Origin: Vulcanimicrobiota bacterium
Lineage (GTDB): Bacteria; Vulcanimicrobiota; Vulcanimicrobiia; Vulcanimicrobiales; Vulcanimicrobiaceae
Reading direction: 5' to 3'
Length of the DNA stretch: 64,000 nucleotides
NCBI GenBank assembly: GCA_963714015.1
Contig: OY970223.1
Location: 1,536,001 to 1,600,000, forward strand
The translations under genes were made by a program, and so were the position numbers. Below are positions 63,656 to 64,000 of this stretch, piece by piece. The stretch's first letter is position 1, and each line of letters starts with the position of its first letter. The notes below the pieces were generated by a model. That model worked only from the letters and a program-made list of their open reading frames with translations. It was not told where the DNA came from and made no database searches.

Positions 63656-64000
63656 AGCGAAGCGCTCTGGACAGAGCGGTGGATTGGCTGCTTGACCGGC
63701 AGCATCCCGAGGGTTGGTGGACCGACGAACTCGAGACGAACGTCACGATGACGGCGGAGCACGTCCTGCTGATGCGTTTTCTCGGCATCGCCGTCGATTC
63801 GATCCGCGACGGGGCGATCCGGCACATTCTGCACAATCAGCGCGAGGACGGCTCGTGGGCGCTGTACTACGAAGGTCCCGCGGATTTGAGTACGACGATC
63901 GAAGCATATGTCGCGCTCAAGGTGCTGGGCGTCGATCCGGATGCCGATGCGATGCGTCGAGCGCTTCTGATGATTCGCGATTTGGGCGGACTGACGCAGG
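63652..64000 (+). CDS. shc: Squalene-hopene cyclase, 5' part (runs off window)
   Basis: My translation: MKRSALDRAVDWLLDRQHPEGWWTDELETNVTMTAE...QREDGSWALYYEGPADLSTTIEAYVALK (QW motifs). Confidence 0.95.
   Translation, partial: MKRSALDRAVDWLLDRQHPEGWWTDELETNVTMTAEHVLLMRFLGIAVDSIRDGAIRHILHNQREDGSWALYYEGPADLSTTIEAYVALKVLGVDPDADAMRRALLMIRDLGGLTQ

Noticed and set aside
1..64000. Numerous long Arg/Ala-rich alternative-frame and antisense ORFs
   Set aside because: Typical shadow ORFs of high-GC coding DNA overlapping better-supported genes

Overview
A gene-dense, GC-rich (about 60-65% by eye) bacterial chromosomal segment with about 68 protein-coding genes. I found no rRNA, tRNA, CRISPR array, transposase or prophage. 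The gene content (TolC, TonB-C proteins, a copper-amine-oxidase-N/beta-barrel fusion, many family-5 solute-binding lipoproteins, hopanoid genes) suggests a diderm soil bacterium, possibly Candidatus Eremiobacterota/Vulcanimicrobiota; this is inference only. Recognisable blocks: a SUF Fe-S locus (sufC-sufD-sufS-sufU, divergent sufR plus a second atypical scaffold, no sufB), folD, tldD/pmbA, an ECF sigma/anti-sigma pair, an efflux adaptor plus TolC, three tandem peptide-binding lipoproteins, ndh, a LeuA-family synthase, two M55 D-aminopeptidases, pepN, fumC, and the start of a hopanoid cluster (hpnK-hpnI divergent from prenyltransferase-idi-hpnC-hpnD-hpnE-shc). About 20 genes between 18.9 and 57.9 kb are frameshifted, most likely from uncorrected long-read indels, so their boundaries are approximate. 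Best candidates for novelty: (i) a 173-nt intergenic element closed by a perfect 29-bp inverted repeat with two internal hairpins (28856-29028); (ii) a 93-aa protein resembling a stand-alone HK97/encapsulin A-domain coupled to a thioredoxin operon; (iii) a PDZ-like/multi-TM/GAF receptor with no output domain, preceded by a small signal-peptide ORF; (iv) tandem secreted four-cysteine TonB-C proteins and tandem 'DEYFGR-KMS' proteins; (v) a cysteine-shifted IscU paralog.
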